This document shows, one piece after another, positions 37,884-51,300 of a DNA stretch of 64,000 nucleotides (within the stretch, counting starts at the first letter, position 1; every line of letters begins with the position of its first letter). Location: NCBI GenBank assembly GCA_001599295.1, contig BCGN01000001.1:1364001-1428000 (forward strand). The letters run 5' to 3'. Source of the stretch: Sporopachydermia quercuum. Lineage: Eukaryota. The notes beneath the pieces were generated by a model, which was not told where the DNA came from, searched no databases, and worked only from the letters and a program-made list of their open reading frames with translations. The translations under genes were made by a program, and so were the position numbers.

Positions 37884-39203
37884 TTAAGCTTTGGTCAAAC
37901 ACTCGTAAACCTGCTCACTGATTAGACCACTGTTGTAGAGATATTTGTGTAAAGATGCAACCAATTGTAATTGTTCGTCATGGCTGAGATTTAAAATAGC
38001 AAGTTGTAGTACAGATCCGACAGTTACTTGATGAGTAGCAATGAAAGTTTGATAGTATAGATAGACAAATGAACCCATAAGATATTGGCAATCCATTCTA
38101 TCGGTAATTCCCCCATGTCCAGGGATAGTGTCACCAAAATCTTTGATATTGAATGCCCTTTTCAGACCAGAAGCAAAAAATCCTCCAAATGGAGCAATCA
38201 GCGAGGCAAACGATCCAATAATGCAGGCATGGATGTGAATTGGTCTAAGTAGAAATTGTTCTTGCCCCACATATTGCACCAAAAATGAAGGGACGTTATA
38301 AAGAGCTGGAACAAATACTGGATTGGGATCACATTCTAATCCACTTAGGATATTTGATCCAAGATCAGTAACCGGACATGTAATGAATGATGATCTAATC
38401 AAGAAGTGTGAGAAGACCATAGCAGCAAACATTGTACAAATCCAAGCACCAATAAAGCCTTCTCTTGTCTTTTTGGGTGAGATGGCAATCAGCTGAGTTC
38501 TTCCAAAGGTGATACCACATAAATAAGCGAAAATGTCGTTGACAATAACTAGAGCTGCCGGTAAAATGAACCAAAACATCCCTGTGAGAATGTTATTGAT
38601 GATCAAATGTGCTTGGAATACAACAAGTAATAGACACATGTGGGTAATGCAGAATTGAGTAAATTGAAACTTGTAGTAACCTTTCTCCAAAGAGAAGACA
38701 AAAAAGATGAAACCAAAAACATAGAGACAATAGGAAATGAATCTATGATGGGTAGCAAATGGGATCAAATAATTGTCGATCAAAATAATATGTTTGAAAT
38801 AGTAAATGAAGCTCTCACCATCAAGATAAAACACTGTTGTGGCCAAGAAATACCAATTCAGAATTGAGGAATATGGAAGATTATAGTATTGAGAAGGCAT
38901 AACTGCCAAATTGATGACTTCCTTGAAGGTCATGATTTGTAGCACTAAAACTAATCCGATTGTCCAAAGATGACCAGCTGCCAGTATAAGTAAAAATCCG
39001 CCAATCATAACAAGAGTCCATAATGTTCTGACAATGAAATTTTGCTTCTTGCGTTCTTTCTCATTGATCACAACAGGTGGTTCATTAGTCTTTAATTTCG
39101 TATCATCACCTTTCTTCAATTCTACTTTCTTCAGATCCTTAATTTTCACCTCATTTAAAGGTTCGGTCTTTCCTGAGTTCTTGGTCTTTCTCTTTGCAGA
39201 CAT
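37884..39203 (-). CDS. CDS1: Phosphatidate cytidylyltransferase (CDP-DAG synthase)
   Basis: ISPKKTREGF and SGLKRAFNIKDFGDTIPGHGGITDRMDCQ signature. Confidence 0.95.
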   Translation of the reverse strand: MSAKRKTKNSGKTEPLNEVKIKDLKKVELKKGDDTKLKTNEPPVVINEKERKKQNFIVRTLWTLVMIGGFLLILAAGHLWTIGLVLVLQIMTFKEVINLAVMPSQYYNLPYSSILNWYFLATTVFYLDGESFIYYFKHIILIDNYLIPFATHHRFISYCLYVFGFIFFVFSLEKGYYKFQFTQFCITHMCLLLVVFQAHLIINNILTGMFWFILPAALVIVNDIFAYLCGITFGRTQLIAISPKKTREGFIGAWICTMFAAMVFSHFLIRSSFITCPVTDLGSNILSGLECDPNPVFVPALYNVPSFLVQYVGQEQFLLRPIHIHACIIGSFASLIAPFGGFFASGLKRAFNIKDFGDTIPGHGGITDRMDCQYLMGSFVYLYYQTFIATHQVTVGSVLQLAILNLSHDEQLQLVASLHKYLYNSGLISEQVYECLTKA

Positions 39204-41284
39204 TTTTCTTGATTCTCAAAATTGAAAGAGCGTTCTAAAGTTTTTCTGTTGACAGATGTATCTCCTTTGCCTTTAGCATTCAGTAAGGAACCTAACCAGT
39301 TATTATGCAAATCACAACCAAAAGGACAATTGCTGACACTAGAAGAAAGTTGCTCTTAGTTCAAAACCACTTTCTATCAACAAACACCAATGACACTTAA
39401 TCTTCCAGTTCAGAAATTAATAAATTCGGTCTTGATATCATCAAATACTTATTAATGTTCTATTATTCTTCTTACATAGAATGAACAACACTGATCAATT
39501 TTTCAGAATGGCGGGCACGAAGTTTGAAAATATTATTGAGACAATCAAGACATATAGCAAGACAAAGATAATGAAAGCATAAACAAAAGGTTCTATGTCT
39601 TACTTTGACTACTCTGCATAATGAAAGTGAAAGAATTAAACTCGTAAACTCGTATTTTCACATTGTTTTACTGCAGTAATTAGTTGACCGGTTCCTAAAT
39701 TTTTGGGATTAGTATTTTTGTTTCTAATTCTTTTTTTTTGTGCTCCATTCTCCGATCCATTTAGAATTTGTAGAGCGTATAGTAAGTAGTACCACTCAGG
39801 TATACTGTCATGTTTTTAACAACTAGGAATGTCCTAAGATTATCACTATCATTGTCATGACTCAATACACGCTTACTTGTTATGTTGAAAAAACCTCTGT
39901 AAGGAAAGGGAGATTTCAAGGAAATTTAGAATTAGAAACAATGAGTGAGAGTAAATAATAAAAATAATAGCAGCTGGTTTAGTCGATTACAAAATAGTAG
40001 TATTTAAGTATCTTTGCAATAGCATGTTACGAATATCATCGGAATAGAAATGATTTCCTGTTGGTATTTCCAACTCAAAACTGCAGAGCCTCCGGACATT
40101 GCCATTACATATGCTTTTAAAATTTAATGATTTCAGTTCACTTTGGAACGATAGATATTTATATGAAATTTCTGATTGATAGTAACGAAAAGCTGATCTT
40201 TTCCAAACTCGACATCCAATTGAAATATACTACAAATTCTGGAATTAAGAAATTTTATTAAATTCCCAATATGTGCCAGTTTGGAGCTGAAATTCTTGAC
40301 TAGAAAGAACAAGTGAACTATATGCTAATTCCTACTATTCACCTACAGATCCACATCTTCAGGTACCCTCTCTGAACTTTACGTACTAAACTCATTCAAC
40401 TTATGCTGATTCTTACTGGCTTCTCTTTCTAATATCATGCTCCTTCTTAACTTCTCACCCGATGATCTCTTCTTATAATCGTAATCCATTTTAGAACAAC
40501 GAATTCCTTCCACTCAAACCTCAGTACACTTGTACATTCACATTCACATTCCGTCATTCCATCCTGTGTGTAGTGTAGAAGTTTCCCTATTATTCAACTC
40601 ACTTGCATGTGAAAATACTTATAAAGTTTCTCTATTGTGAATAACGTAATCATTATTTTATCAAACAGCGCATCCCATGTGCCAATTCGGGCCCGAGCTA
40701 GGAGTTAAAGCCAATTTACCAGTGGCCAACTCAGAAATTAATGAACTACTAAGATAGAATAGTTAACGAGTGGTGTATTTGATAGTATTAAATAGTGCCT
40801 CTACGTTTGCCAGCTGTGCTCATATTGACACTAAATAAACGAGGAAAAAATTGTTTTCCAGCAGACTGATTTCCTGATCAGGATATTTTCGATGAAATAA
40901 ACTTCAGCAAAAGGGTGTGATAGAAAACGTTATCCGAGATGATCTATTTTCTATTTGGGTAATGCGATTCCCAATACTTTCGAGGCTATTCAATTAATCA
41001 CTAACCATTGCTTTTTCTTTGCCTCTTGAAGAGTGGAGAGAAGAAAGGAAGATACAAAAGGGTGGACGTTGTTGATCAACAAATAATTGCTTTGTTTGAA
41101 ACAATTATTTGACTTGGATGTGTGCTACAACAGATAGTTCTTCATATAGCAATTGCGCATTAAGACGAGAAAGAAATCTGAACATGCTATAAATGATAAT
41201 TCGTATCAGAAGAATAGTGCAATAATAGTTACCTGTCATCTTGTACATTCGTGCCAATACCAATCTAGTATAGCGTACTTCAAA

Positions 41285-42688
41285 ATGGCTTCACCTATTT
41301 TCTTATCTAGACCGCCGCCAGAGTTCTCACTTCTGGCTATTGCTAGAGGGATTCAGTTGGGGCTCTTAGGAGCTTACAGGTCCTTGCAAAATCCTGACCT
41401 GTTTACTCATAAGTACTATAAACAAGCAATTGTGGCAATTATGATCGCCTTAATTATTAAATTTATTGTTTGGATTCCATTTGCCTCAGTAAAGTTGCTT
41501 TTAGAAGTATTAAAACTTGTAACATCATTCACGACTAATGATGAGACAAGAGAAGAAATCATAATAGATACACTTAATCTATCCATAAACTGGATAGAGT
41601 TTCTCCAAGACAATATATTCAATACTGTACCATTTCTAGTTCGATCCGTTAGATTTATTCGGCCCGAGTTAGACGAAATGTTTTTGAAAAGTTTAGCATT
41701 TGCTGATGATGTGTATAAAAGCAAGCATCCGCATAGTGAGGCTTGCTACTATACTAATTTGATGGATTATGGTGCTTACTCCAATGCATATAAACGTTCA
41801 TTGAAGCATGGGTCAAAATGGATATCATTCCTGCGCCTTGATACCTTTTTGAAGCATTATGAGAAACAAGCCACTGTAAGGTTTGAAGTTGATGCTTTTC
41901 TATTGTTTCTATCCAACTACTTCTCAAGAGTTGCTGTTTCACTACTCATATTATTAACTTCAAAGACACCTATTCTTGGTAGTTTAATAGCATTTACTGT
42001 ATCTTTCAACACTTTCAACAAATACGTAGGGGCCCCTACGGCGATAGCTATTTTTTCTGTAGGTATCGCTGTGAATAGGGTGTACCTTATCAAGTTTTTA
42101 TCTGCTTTTTATGGTGCTAGAAGTTTGGTGCAAGAACTACTGATACCTTACTTCAGCCGATTGCCTTTCTCTAAGCTTGATAGAGAACAATGGTGGAAAT
42201 CCAGAGAAGGAATTCTCTTTGGTTTTGGTGTTCTTTATTATTTCTTGATCCAAACCCCTTACTTGAGTTTGCTATTTTATGGATTTGCTGAAGCATCTGC
42301 TGCTTATCTTGTATCAAAAATAACAGACCCAGTACCACAGGTAAAAATAAGAAGTAAAGATCCTCGTTTGCCTTCTTCAATGATCATTCCAACTCACTGG
42401 ATAGAATCACAGAAGGCCTGGACCAAAGGTAAACGTATGATTGAAGATAATGACTGGGTTGTGAATGACGTAGGGTACGCTCCTATCCCGGGATCATTCA
42501 TACTATACCAATCTGAAATCTCCAACTCAAGCTCCTCAAGCTTGAATAGTTTAGGTGATAGCTATAGAACCCCTAATGAAAGCAGATCCGGAACTCCTTT
42601 GAACGTCTCTGGATCTACTCCCACTCCTCGATCTTCATTTTCATACTATGATGCCAAATTCTCTCCACAGATACCTAATGCATTATGA
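41285..42688 (+). CDS. Multi-pass membrane protein, UsgS/EI24-like (Lds/Rrt8-related)
   Basis: RGIQLGLLGAYRSLQNP and LVQELLIPYFSR...REGILFGFG...YGFAEASAAYL motifs recalled from fungal UsgS-like proteins; ATG 41285 in AAAATGG context. Confidence 0.55.
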   Translation: MASPIFLSRPPPEFSLLAIARGIQLGLLGAYRSLQNPDLFTHKYYKQAIVAIMIALIIKFIVWIPFASVKLLLEVLKLVTSFTTNDETREEIIIDTLNLSINWIEFLQDNIFNTVPFLVRSVRFIRPELDEMFLKSLAFADDVYKSKHPHSEACYYTNLMDYGAYSNAYKRSLKHGSKWISFLRLDTFLKHYEKQATVRFEVDAFLLFLSNYFSRVAVSLLILLTSKTPILGSLIAFTVSFNTFNKYVGAPTAIAIFSVGIAVNRVYLIKFLSAFYGARSLVQELLIPYFSRLPFSKLDREQWWKSREGILFGFGVLYYFLIQTPYLSLLFYGFAEASAAYLVSKITDPVPQVKIRSKDPRLPSSMIIPTHWIESQKAWTKGKRMIEDNDWVVNDVGYAPIPGSFILYQSEISNSSSSSLNSLGDSYRTPNESRSGTPLNVSGSTPTPRSSFSYYDAKFSPQIPNAL

Positions 42689-43435
42689 GTATTGGCTGCA
42701 TGACCCGCATTATTTTAACCAGCAAAAAGGTTCAACTACATACAATTATAAATCCAATTACAATCAATAATAATCAGAGAACTCCTATCTTGCATTAACT
42801 CAATACGCGTGAAACAAACAAATGTTGAAAAGCATCGCGTTATTGGCCTACAAGTACATTGATGATAGTAGGAATGAATAAATCAACAATAATGCCACTT
42901 ACACCCTGAACAATCAACATAGATTATAAATTAGAATTATATGAAACGCAATGATTTTATATGACATGATGCATAGTCTTTTTGTGTAATGATCTACCTA
43001 GCATATCTTCATATACTTTGTGGATTTGTACAGACTTTATATTGAATCCTTATTTATTATTATTCATCTTTGTACAAGTAACACGACCAACTTGATTGTT
43101 TTTTATTTGTTCACAAGTCATCCCTGCTTTGTCTAACTGCTGGTGGCTCTTGACTTATTTATCCCTCTGTTACTTCCGAATGGAAGAAGTACTTTGTTAT
43201 TTACGAATTGTCTACACCTGGCTCAAAATCAAGGTTATTAAAATCTCATAGAAAGGCAACTGAACTGCTGTTAAATATACTATAGCGTTTTGCACAAATA
43301 ATTAAGGAAAATCAAACAGTGTAGAGCTCTTGGATGATATATATAATGCTAAGGTCTGTTGCTAAGAAGATCGCCAGAATAATGCATGAGATGATCCATC
43401 AAAGATCGACATTTTGCTTTCTATTGTTCCTATAA

Positions 43436-44533
43436 ATGAATTCAGGCTTAGCTATTATTGCAGTTGGAGTTGTGACAGCTGTGTCAGGTGTATCAATAGC
43501 TGTTGGGTCAAGGAAAGCTTACAAGAATCATAGAAGACGACAGACAAAGAACCCTCAGAATATTTATGAACTCAATGAGTTAACCCCAAATTACAGAACG
43601 TTGTATTTATCAAGAGATAGATTCTCAAGGAGAGACACTCTATGTGTTTACAATGATGTGAATGAAGTTCTGTATTCTATTGAGAAAAAATTCAATTTCC
43701 GATACGTCAAAGAGGTCACTTCTGATGAAGTTATAGGTATAGTACATGTTGGTAAATTCTCTCAAGTATCAGGGATTGGATCCAACTGGTTCTCAACAAG
43801 AGAAACTAATCAAGGAAAACAGTACTATTTGGAGGTTGTAGTCAATTCAGCGAGAGAAAGAGATTGGAAGTTCACCCCAGGAGAGAAGTATCAAGAGTTT
43901 TTTGCCCTTGATGGCCCTAGATTCAAAGACGTACAGTATCGATGGTATAAAGGATCCCATAGTTTAGAATTAATCACAAATTACGGCAGAGAAGCAGAAA
44001 AGCATCAAAGGGCCGCAATAATTAACATGGAAGCGGAAAATGGTAACGAGTTTGAGATCTGGTATGACGCTCAACTTGTCAGAACGGATATTCTAATGCT
44101 TTCTGTCTTAGTGTCATTATTAACTCAATGGAAAAGAGAATACAACTTGTTGTTTCCAAAGCAAAGTAATTTTCTTTCGCCTATTGCCAATCATCCTCCA
44201 AACCAGGGGCATAAAACTTCAACTATCAACGTGATTAACACTCGTGTAAAAGAAGTATCGAGATGCAATGAGTGGATCTGTAATAACTTGATGCCTTTGA
44301 TGAATAAACGTATGAATTTGAAGACCAGAAGAGCTATGGAAAGTAAAAGCACAGCACCGTCATTCAAGAGACTTGTCAAACGGAAGAAGAAAAGAGTTAA
44401 GTTCTTAAGATCAAGAAAAGGACAGTTGGAAAGACGTGGCTCATCAACGTCTATGTCAGTTAATTCAGATCTATCGGTAACACAGAATTTCCACCCTCAG
44501 AGCATTTTACCCCAGAGTGATCTCGTAACTTAA
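43436..44533 (+). CDS. Hypothetical protein: N-terminal TM/anchor, beta-rich (possibly tubby-C/LURP-like) core, basic C-terminus
   Basis: 365-aa ORF with good ATG context. The fold guess is by pattern only. Confidence 0.6.
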   Translation: MNSGLAIIAVGVVTAVSGVSIAVGSRKAYKNHRRRQTKNPQNIYELNELTPNYRTLYLSRDRFSRRDTLCVYNDVNEVLYSIEKKFNFRYVKEVTSDEVIGIVHVGKFSQVSGIGSNWFSTRETNQGKQYYLEVVVNSARERDWKFTPGEKYQEFFALDGPRFKDVQYRWYKGSHSLELITNYGREAEKHQRAAIINMEAENGNEFEIWYDAQLVRTDILMLSVLVSLLTQWKREYNLLFPKQSNFLSPIANHPPNQGHKTSTINVINTRVKEVSRCNEWICNNLMPLMNKRMNLKTRRAMESKSTAPSFKRLVKRKKKRVKFLRSRKGQLERRGSSTSMSVNSDLSVTQNFHPQSILPQSDLVT

Positions 44534-44635
44534 AATATATTTAAATTAAATGAATAGTACCTCATATGGAACATAAAATGAAAGATACATTACTTTATAG
44601 TGTATTTTCCATCAGTGATACCTATAATAAAGTCC

Positions 44636-44683
44636 TTTTTTTTCTTTTTCTTTTTCTTTTTCTTTTTCTTTTTCTTTTTCTTT
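44636..44683. repeat. (TTTTTC)n microsatellite between convergent genes
   Basis: About 7 tandem TTTTTC units read directly. Confidence 0.9.
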
Positions 44684-44819
44684 GTCCTTTGCTTTTGCCA
44701 GTAGTAAATCTTTCATAAATACCCATTAATAATAGTACATATTTTTAAATTGTCAATCCCTAATTCTCCCCGACTTAAACATTATAATACATTTTGATGT
44801 CCTCGTTCATAGTTATTTG

Positions 44820-47466
44820 TCATATTCCACTACCAAGAACAAACCTTCCACCACAATAAATACATACATCAAGCGAATTCAGTAATACACTTCCAATTGG
44901 ACCTAAAGGTTCATTGAATACAGATGGCCTAGCAATAACTTTCTCACAACCTTCACATATACGTTCATCTGGGTTAAGTAATGGCAGTAATGAAATACTA
45001 CATCGTGCCCATAAATGTCCTTCAGCCGACTCTATACTATCTAAGTCCATTTCACCGTCAATAAAAGCTGGGAACTTGAACGTTTCCGTTAATCTAAAAG
45101 GTTTCTCAGACGTCAGTTCAAATGATTCTTCTGATAAATCATGTGACTCGCTATTCCTCAATCGTTTAAACGATTCAACTATAAACCTGTCAATATTTGT
45201 TTCTGGCGTCGACTTTAGTATCCATTCACTGATAATAAGAAGATGCTGTCTTTCGACAGATGTAAAATCTGCTTTCTGAATTAGTTGAAGCTGAGACAAA
45301 TACGTGGTAGCCAAATGATACAGAGCTAACTTTTGATTGTCAGCAAAATTGTTGAAAAGAACTCTCACCAATGTGTCGTCTGACGACGAACCGATGGTGG
45401 AAATTCCAGAATTAAAGATTTCAGTGAGAAAAGTCTGAAGATGTTTCTTAACTATATTTTTAACAGTTTTATTCAACAAAGACAACCAGATGCTAAGCAT
45501 GATATAATTAATATGAGTTGCATTAGAAGTCAAGTTATTGTTATTCAAATAAAGAGGCAGTCTTTGAGACAAAATATCGGTGTTTATCTCATTGTCTAAA
45601 GAGACAAAAGAAATCCGATGGTTTATCAAACTGGGAATCATTTGAACAAAATAGGGTGTTGGTAAAATTCTATACAGTATAGCTCCAAACTTCAAATTCC
45701 CTATACCAAGAACTTCAAACCCTTTAACCTTCGGCAAAGGCTGGCACTGCTTTTTACTGTCGTCATTATCATTTATATTTGTGTTCTCTTTGACCTTTTC
45801 TAATTTTTGAATAAGTTTATCTTTCAATGTAGAGGCAACAGAACGAAATGTTCTCGATTCAATGTTGTATTCAATAGTTTCACACTCTCCATCATCAAAT
45901 GCACAGTATATATTCAATATGACTTTTCCATTAGCATCATAGGCATCAGTGAGCCTTACTGAGCTTGGGAATTGATACGTGCTCAGGCTAAGGCTATCAT
46001 ACTCAGAAGTATGCTCGTTCATATAGTCAAAATGCCATACTTGAAGCAGTTTTGATGATACCGCTGACAGAATTATCTTTAATGAGTCATGTAGTGTACT
46101 TCTCATCAGCCTCAGAGATGCTATTGGAGCAGGTGAAGGTTCCGAGAGCTGCCTTGGTGCTCCAATTATTAGTTCCTTAGTATCTGGTTTGAATGATACT
46201 TCTAAAACTTGAACTGAATTGTCTTTCAAACAGTAGGCTATGTGTGACTTTTGAATGTGTCTAATCTCCTGCCAAGGAGACCAAGCAAGATGAACAATAG
46301 GCTGATTAGAAACTTGTTTCTCTTCCTCCAATAAAAATGTGTTATCATTCCTATATACCAATACACTTCCTGAACCTGTTCCTGCAGCTAAGAAAGCAAT
46401 CTCTGAATGATCTGTTTGAATCTTTGGGGACCATATAATACCTGAGAAAAATTGTTAGACAGATGAAAATTTGATACTGAGAATGTAATAATAAAACGGT
46501 ACATACTATTAACAGAAATAGATTGAAGAACTTGATCTTCCAGTTCCGTTGGACATGTAATATTGATTCTTTTCAATAGATCACTAGTACAATGCGCTAA
46601 CTATGAAAACAAATAAGTACTGTTAGTTATCGTGATTCAAGTTTAATAACACTTCTCGCATTTCAATTGTAAGTAAATTTACTCACCAAAGACCATTTCT
46701 TATTAGCTCCTAACTCATTATACTCAAAGATATACAACTCAAACCTCGTTGTGAGCAAAGTAAGTAAACATCTATATTCTGTTAGAGAGTGAATCCCCAG
46801 ACTTCTTATAGATAAAATAACTCATATAACAGTATGCCAATCATAATCATACCCTTTCCTAGAAGTAAGAAAACTAGGAGACCATTCAACAGCGAGTGGT
46901 TTCACATCAGTACCATAAACTGCCCATCGGAATTCAATCTCCTGCTTCACTATAATAAAATTCGCAGAAGGTTAATGGTGGTACTTGACTAAATTAACAG
47001 ATTACTGTGTTTCTTTAAAACTGTTTTATAACACCAAGTGTTCATTTCGTAGGATAATGACTATTCTTCAAATCGATTTAACATACAAGCAATCAGTTTG
47101 CACACTGTAGGTAAATCACTTAAAAGTACAGCTTCGTTTGACTGAAAATAAGTTGAGCTTTTCAAATGATTGAATTCTTTACTGTTCAATCCTGTAGGTT
47201 TCTATAATATTGCAATTGGTTGTGTTAGTTGAACCATCATCAGCATCAAGAATATGTAGAAAAACAAACCGCTGTTTATTCTCATCTACTCCTATGGAAC
47301 AGATGCAGTAAGTAGTACACAGTATATCAATACATTGTATTATCACACTTACAATGACAACCACAGAGGAATCAGTGAGAACGGCAAACTCGCTATCATG
47401 ATTAACTTTCAATCCTTCGTATGGACTAGATATTGTCGTTTTCTTCAAAATGATATCAGCCACCAT
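44820..47466 (-). CDS. TFIIIC subunit (delta/Tfc8/Sfc9-like, C-terminal zf-TFIIIC); exons 47466-47353, 47201-47087, 46949-46853, 46771-46687, 46600-46507, 46441-44820
   Basis: C-terminal WARCSISLLPL...C..C...CIYCGGRF; WD-like WSP repeats. Five GT-AG introns join five upstream fragments in frame. Confidence 0.75.
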
Positions 47467-48375
47467 CACGCTTGGTTCCTCATCATTCTCTCAATTGTAA
47501 TCTAATTCAAGTAATTGTGTAAGAATGAAGAAAGAACTTCAACAATAAGGATCGGTGGAAGAACAATAGCTTTTGATGAGACATACGAGTACAATGTAAC
47601 TGGAGAAACTATTCACGAAATATAATTGAATAAAATGACCTTCCTAATCAACGAAATTATTCAGCTTAAGGATTGATAAAAACGATACATTAAACAGATC
47701 TTATCCATCCATACTCATTATCTCAGAAGTAAAGCGAAATGAGACGTGATGATAGGCCGTCACCAATGTATGGCATTCCCTCTTATCAAATGAAATGCAA
47801 GTTAGGTTAATAACTAGTCAAGTGATGAGACACTAGTATTTTGATGCTAAAGATAAGTTTGATATCTTTTACAATATCTTTCTAGTTATTATTCTGGCTT
47901 TTAATTGAATTACATAGAGCAACGAAGATATAATCTGACAATAGAAGCTATGTCTCAATACCCTCCCCAGTTTTATGTCTCGTTAAACTAGGGGAAACTA
48001 GAACCGAACGGAACAGATCAATGTAAGAGTTCAAATCTTACTATATTTGTTGCAAGACATAGTATGATTGATCTAGTAGTAAAAGTTCATTAACTGTAAT
48101 TACTGCAGTTTTCGATTGAAAATTAAACATTACTATGAAACAAATATGGTGGTTGAACAGCTTGTGCATTAAAATTATCAAAAGTTCTATATTACAAGAG
48201 GTGTATATATCAATGACAGGCAGATAAGAACAGGCCTGGATGGAATATTGATATCCAAAGCCTATTATGATTCTTACTATAAGAAAAGTATAACTTCATT
48301 GGATATCTTGACATTAACACACACCAAAAATCATCATAATCCTCAACGTGAATTGTTTCCATTTTGCCCAAAATT

Positions 48376-51300
48376 CTAATCATCAGTAAGAGAAGTATCT
48401 CCCGAAGTCCCGCTATCTGTTCTATCATCTTGATCAATAGGGATATCATGATATTGCTGATTATCTCTCATTCGTGATATTATAGCCTTAGGTAAACCAA
48501 AATTCATTGAATCTTTGATATAACCATCAGTACCAATATATGTTAATAAAACAGGCAAAAATACTAAGCTGTGAAGTATAGAGATCAAGACAAGACAAAG
48601 CCACATTCTGAAATAGTAGACCTCAAATATTTTGGATTTGGTGAATGCTAAAACAAAAACACCAATTAACTTAGTAAGGGCAATTCCACCAAATACTGAC
48701 CCACCGACACCTTTTAGGGCTTGAATGGATCTAGAACTTCTATTCGCACGTCTAAGCTCTTGTATATTAACTGCAAAAAGACCATTAGCATCAGATGATT
48801 CGGAAATATCAGTAAAAGTATACGCTCTGATAATATGAATAGAAAACTCAATAGCAATACCTGTGCATATAACTAGATTGACCAAACTGACAGCATTCAA
48901 TGAAATTCCAAATAGTGACATCGCTCCAACGATATTACATAAAACCATCCATGTTACTAATATTAGAATCAATCCCATTCTAATTGACCCTAGTAGAATG
49001 GATGAGACGAGAAATGCTACGCCGGAAACAGCGGATATAAGACCAAATGATAAGGCAACAATACTTACGTATTGGACAAAGAAAATATAGAAAGGTGAAT
49101 AGGCAAATATGTCTAAACTTGTGGTTTTCTTGATTGAATCAACAACACGTAAAGCTGAAGAATATGCTTTGATGAAGTCATCTTGAGATCTCAGTGGTAC
49201 ATGTGCTGATCGAAAGTTAGATGCTTTGATAGTAACTCCGTCATAATCAGGCATAATAACATTAGAATAAGGAGCTTTCCCACCTAAAGGACAAGGATCA
49301 CTTGGTGCTTCAATCCAAATATCATAAAACTTCAAAAATTCCTCACCTTGAGGAAATCCTTCCATTGTAACACTCCAAGGAGGAGAATGGTCAGCAAAGC
49401 ATGCTTCACATAACCTATCAGGAGTATAAGCGCCACAAACTTCAGTTTGGTTCGTCCCCTTCTTGAACATACAGCAACGATCCAATTCAGGATTTAAAAA
49501 TTGAAGGAAATCGTCAATCCAACTGGTTGGTGTTTCAATTAATGTAGAAACCTCTGGTCGCTTCCTTTCTTGTTCTAACATATTTACCAATGAAAATTCA
49601 TCACAAGTAGAAAACCTTCCACATAGTGCCTGTTGCCCTTGCAATGTTGTTACATTCAAATCTTTAACAACAAAATAAACAGGTGGACCAACACCGAGAT
49701 AAGCATATAAATCATCAAAATAAGCAATTAAATACGAATCAGATGGGATAGCAATTCTTTGATCTAAGCCTAACTTCAAATGTGGGAAAAAACTGAGAGA
49801 AATTCCAAACATTATAGCAAATGTCAGAATAACAATAGGTCGAACATTATCAGAGAACAGCTTTGGTATATAGCTTCTTCTCATTAGACGTGAAATCCAT
49901 GTTTCATTGCTAGTAGAAATAAGTTGATCAGGTATTGAAGGGTCCCTTGGTTGATACCTTGCCCAAGACAGAGATGAGATTCTCGCCGTTGAAATGTCAG
50001 CAACCTTTATGAAAGGGAATAAATCTAATCTGCCATCTTCCGTTCTGTGTTGATCTAATGCTAATACGCTAATAAATGCGGTTAATTGTAGTATGGAATT
50101 AAGAAAAACAGCACCAGCAGAATACAATGCAAAATTTCTAACTGCAGGCATTGAAACAACAGCTCCTAAAGCAAAAGCTACTGTTTCGCATGTTGTTGAT
50201 AATACAATACTAGGTCCAATCCTGCTCACTGCTTTAGACACTTTTTGAGGAACTGTATCATTAGGTAAGTAGAAATTAACATCTTGTAGTTCATGAGTTA
50301 TTAGGAAAATGTTATCCACTCCAACAGCAAGAACTAAGAAAGGAATAACTTCAGCGATTATTAAAGTGGCTTTAACGCCAATCAGAGCAAAAAATCCAAC
50401 TGATGATGTCACTGAAAGAAGAACAATAATGATACCACTCAAACCCAACGAGAACTTTGTATGAACTAATGATTGCCAGCTAAAATTTCTGATTCCTCCT
50501 CCTAAAGCAAGTGATGCATAAGCAAACATAAACAAGTATGATAAGATTATGATTCTAGCATCGCTATTGCTTGATTTGTTCAATTCCTTTTCTAACGAAA
50601 TTTCTGTTGAGAAACTGAAATTCAATCCTTTGCTTTCTGCCTCTTGTTTGATATTCAATAATAACTCTTCTAATTTCTCTTCCCAGATCATCGATTTTCG
50701 CACTTGGTCGGATGTTGAAGCGTTATTTGAAACAACCCAGGTAACAACAAACGCCTGTGATGTTAAAATATCCTCATTTTCGTAACCACCAAACAGCAAT
50801 TCTTTCTTCAAAGGTAATTGGAAAGGTGGTAAACACTGTACAGGCGATTCGGCACAAGAACTCAGCTTGGTTCGCCAATTGGAACGGGGAAATTGCTTTA
50901 CATCCCCAGAAAAATACTGAGTGAAGGATTCAACAACACAGCTGGTTCCTGTTGGTTTGAAGCAAATATCATCTAAAGTGATAGCTTCATCAGTATTAGA
51001 TGTGGCTGTTAAACTGTTTATTCTCGTTTCAACATCAAACCACCATGTTGCAACCTCATAAGATAAAACAGCGCCGGTAGGATTAGATATATAGGCCTGT
51101 TCAGTTCTATAGAATGGACCAAAGTTATCATCGAAAAACTGTTTTTCCTTATATGCAGGTGCATTGGGGCTTACCCAGAGATGAACAGGGTCTTTTTCCA
51201 ATTGTAAAGCAAACATTCCCAATGACAGTAAAAATGTGATGATAGCAGTAAACGATAGAACAATGAATGGTTTATCAGCGCAATAAAATGCTAAACTGGC

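Noticed and set aside
815..39203. Apparent inositol/phospholipid cluster (FIT/Scs3, MIOX, CDS1)
   Set aside because: The genes are far apart and interspersed with unrelated genes; no evidence of a cluster.
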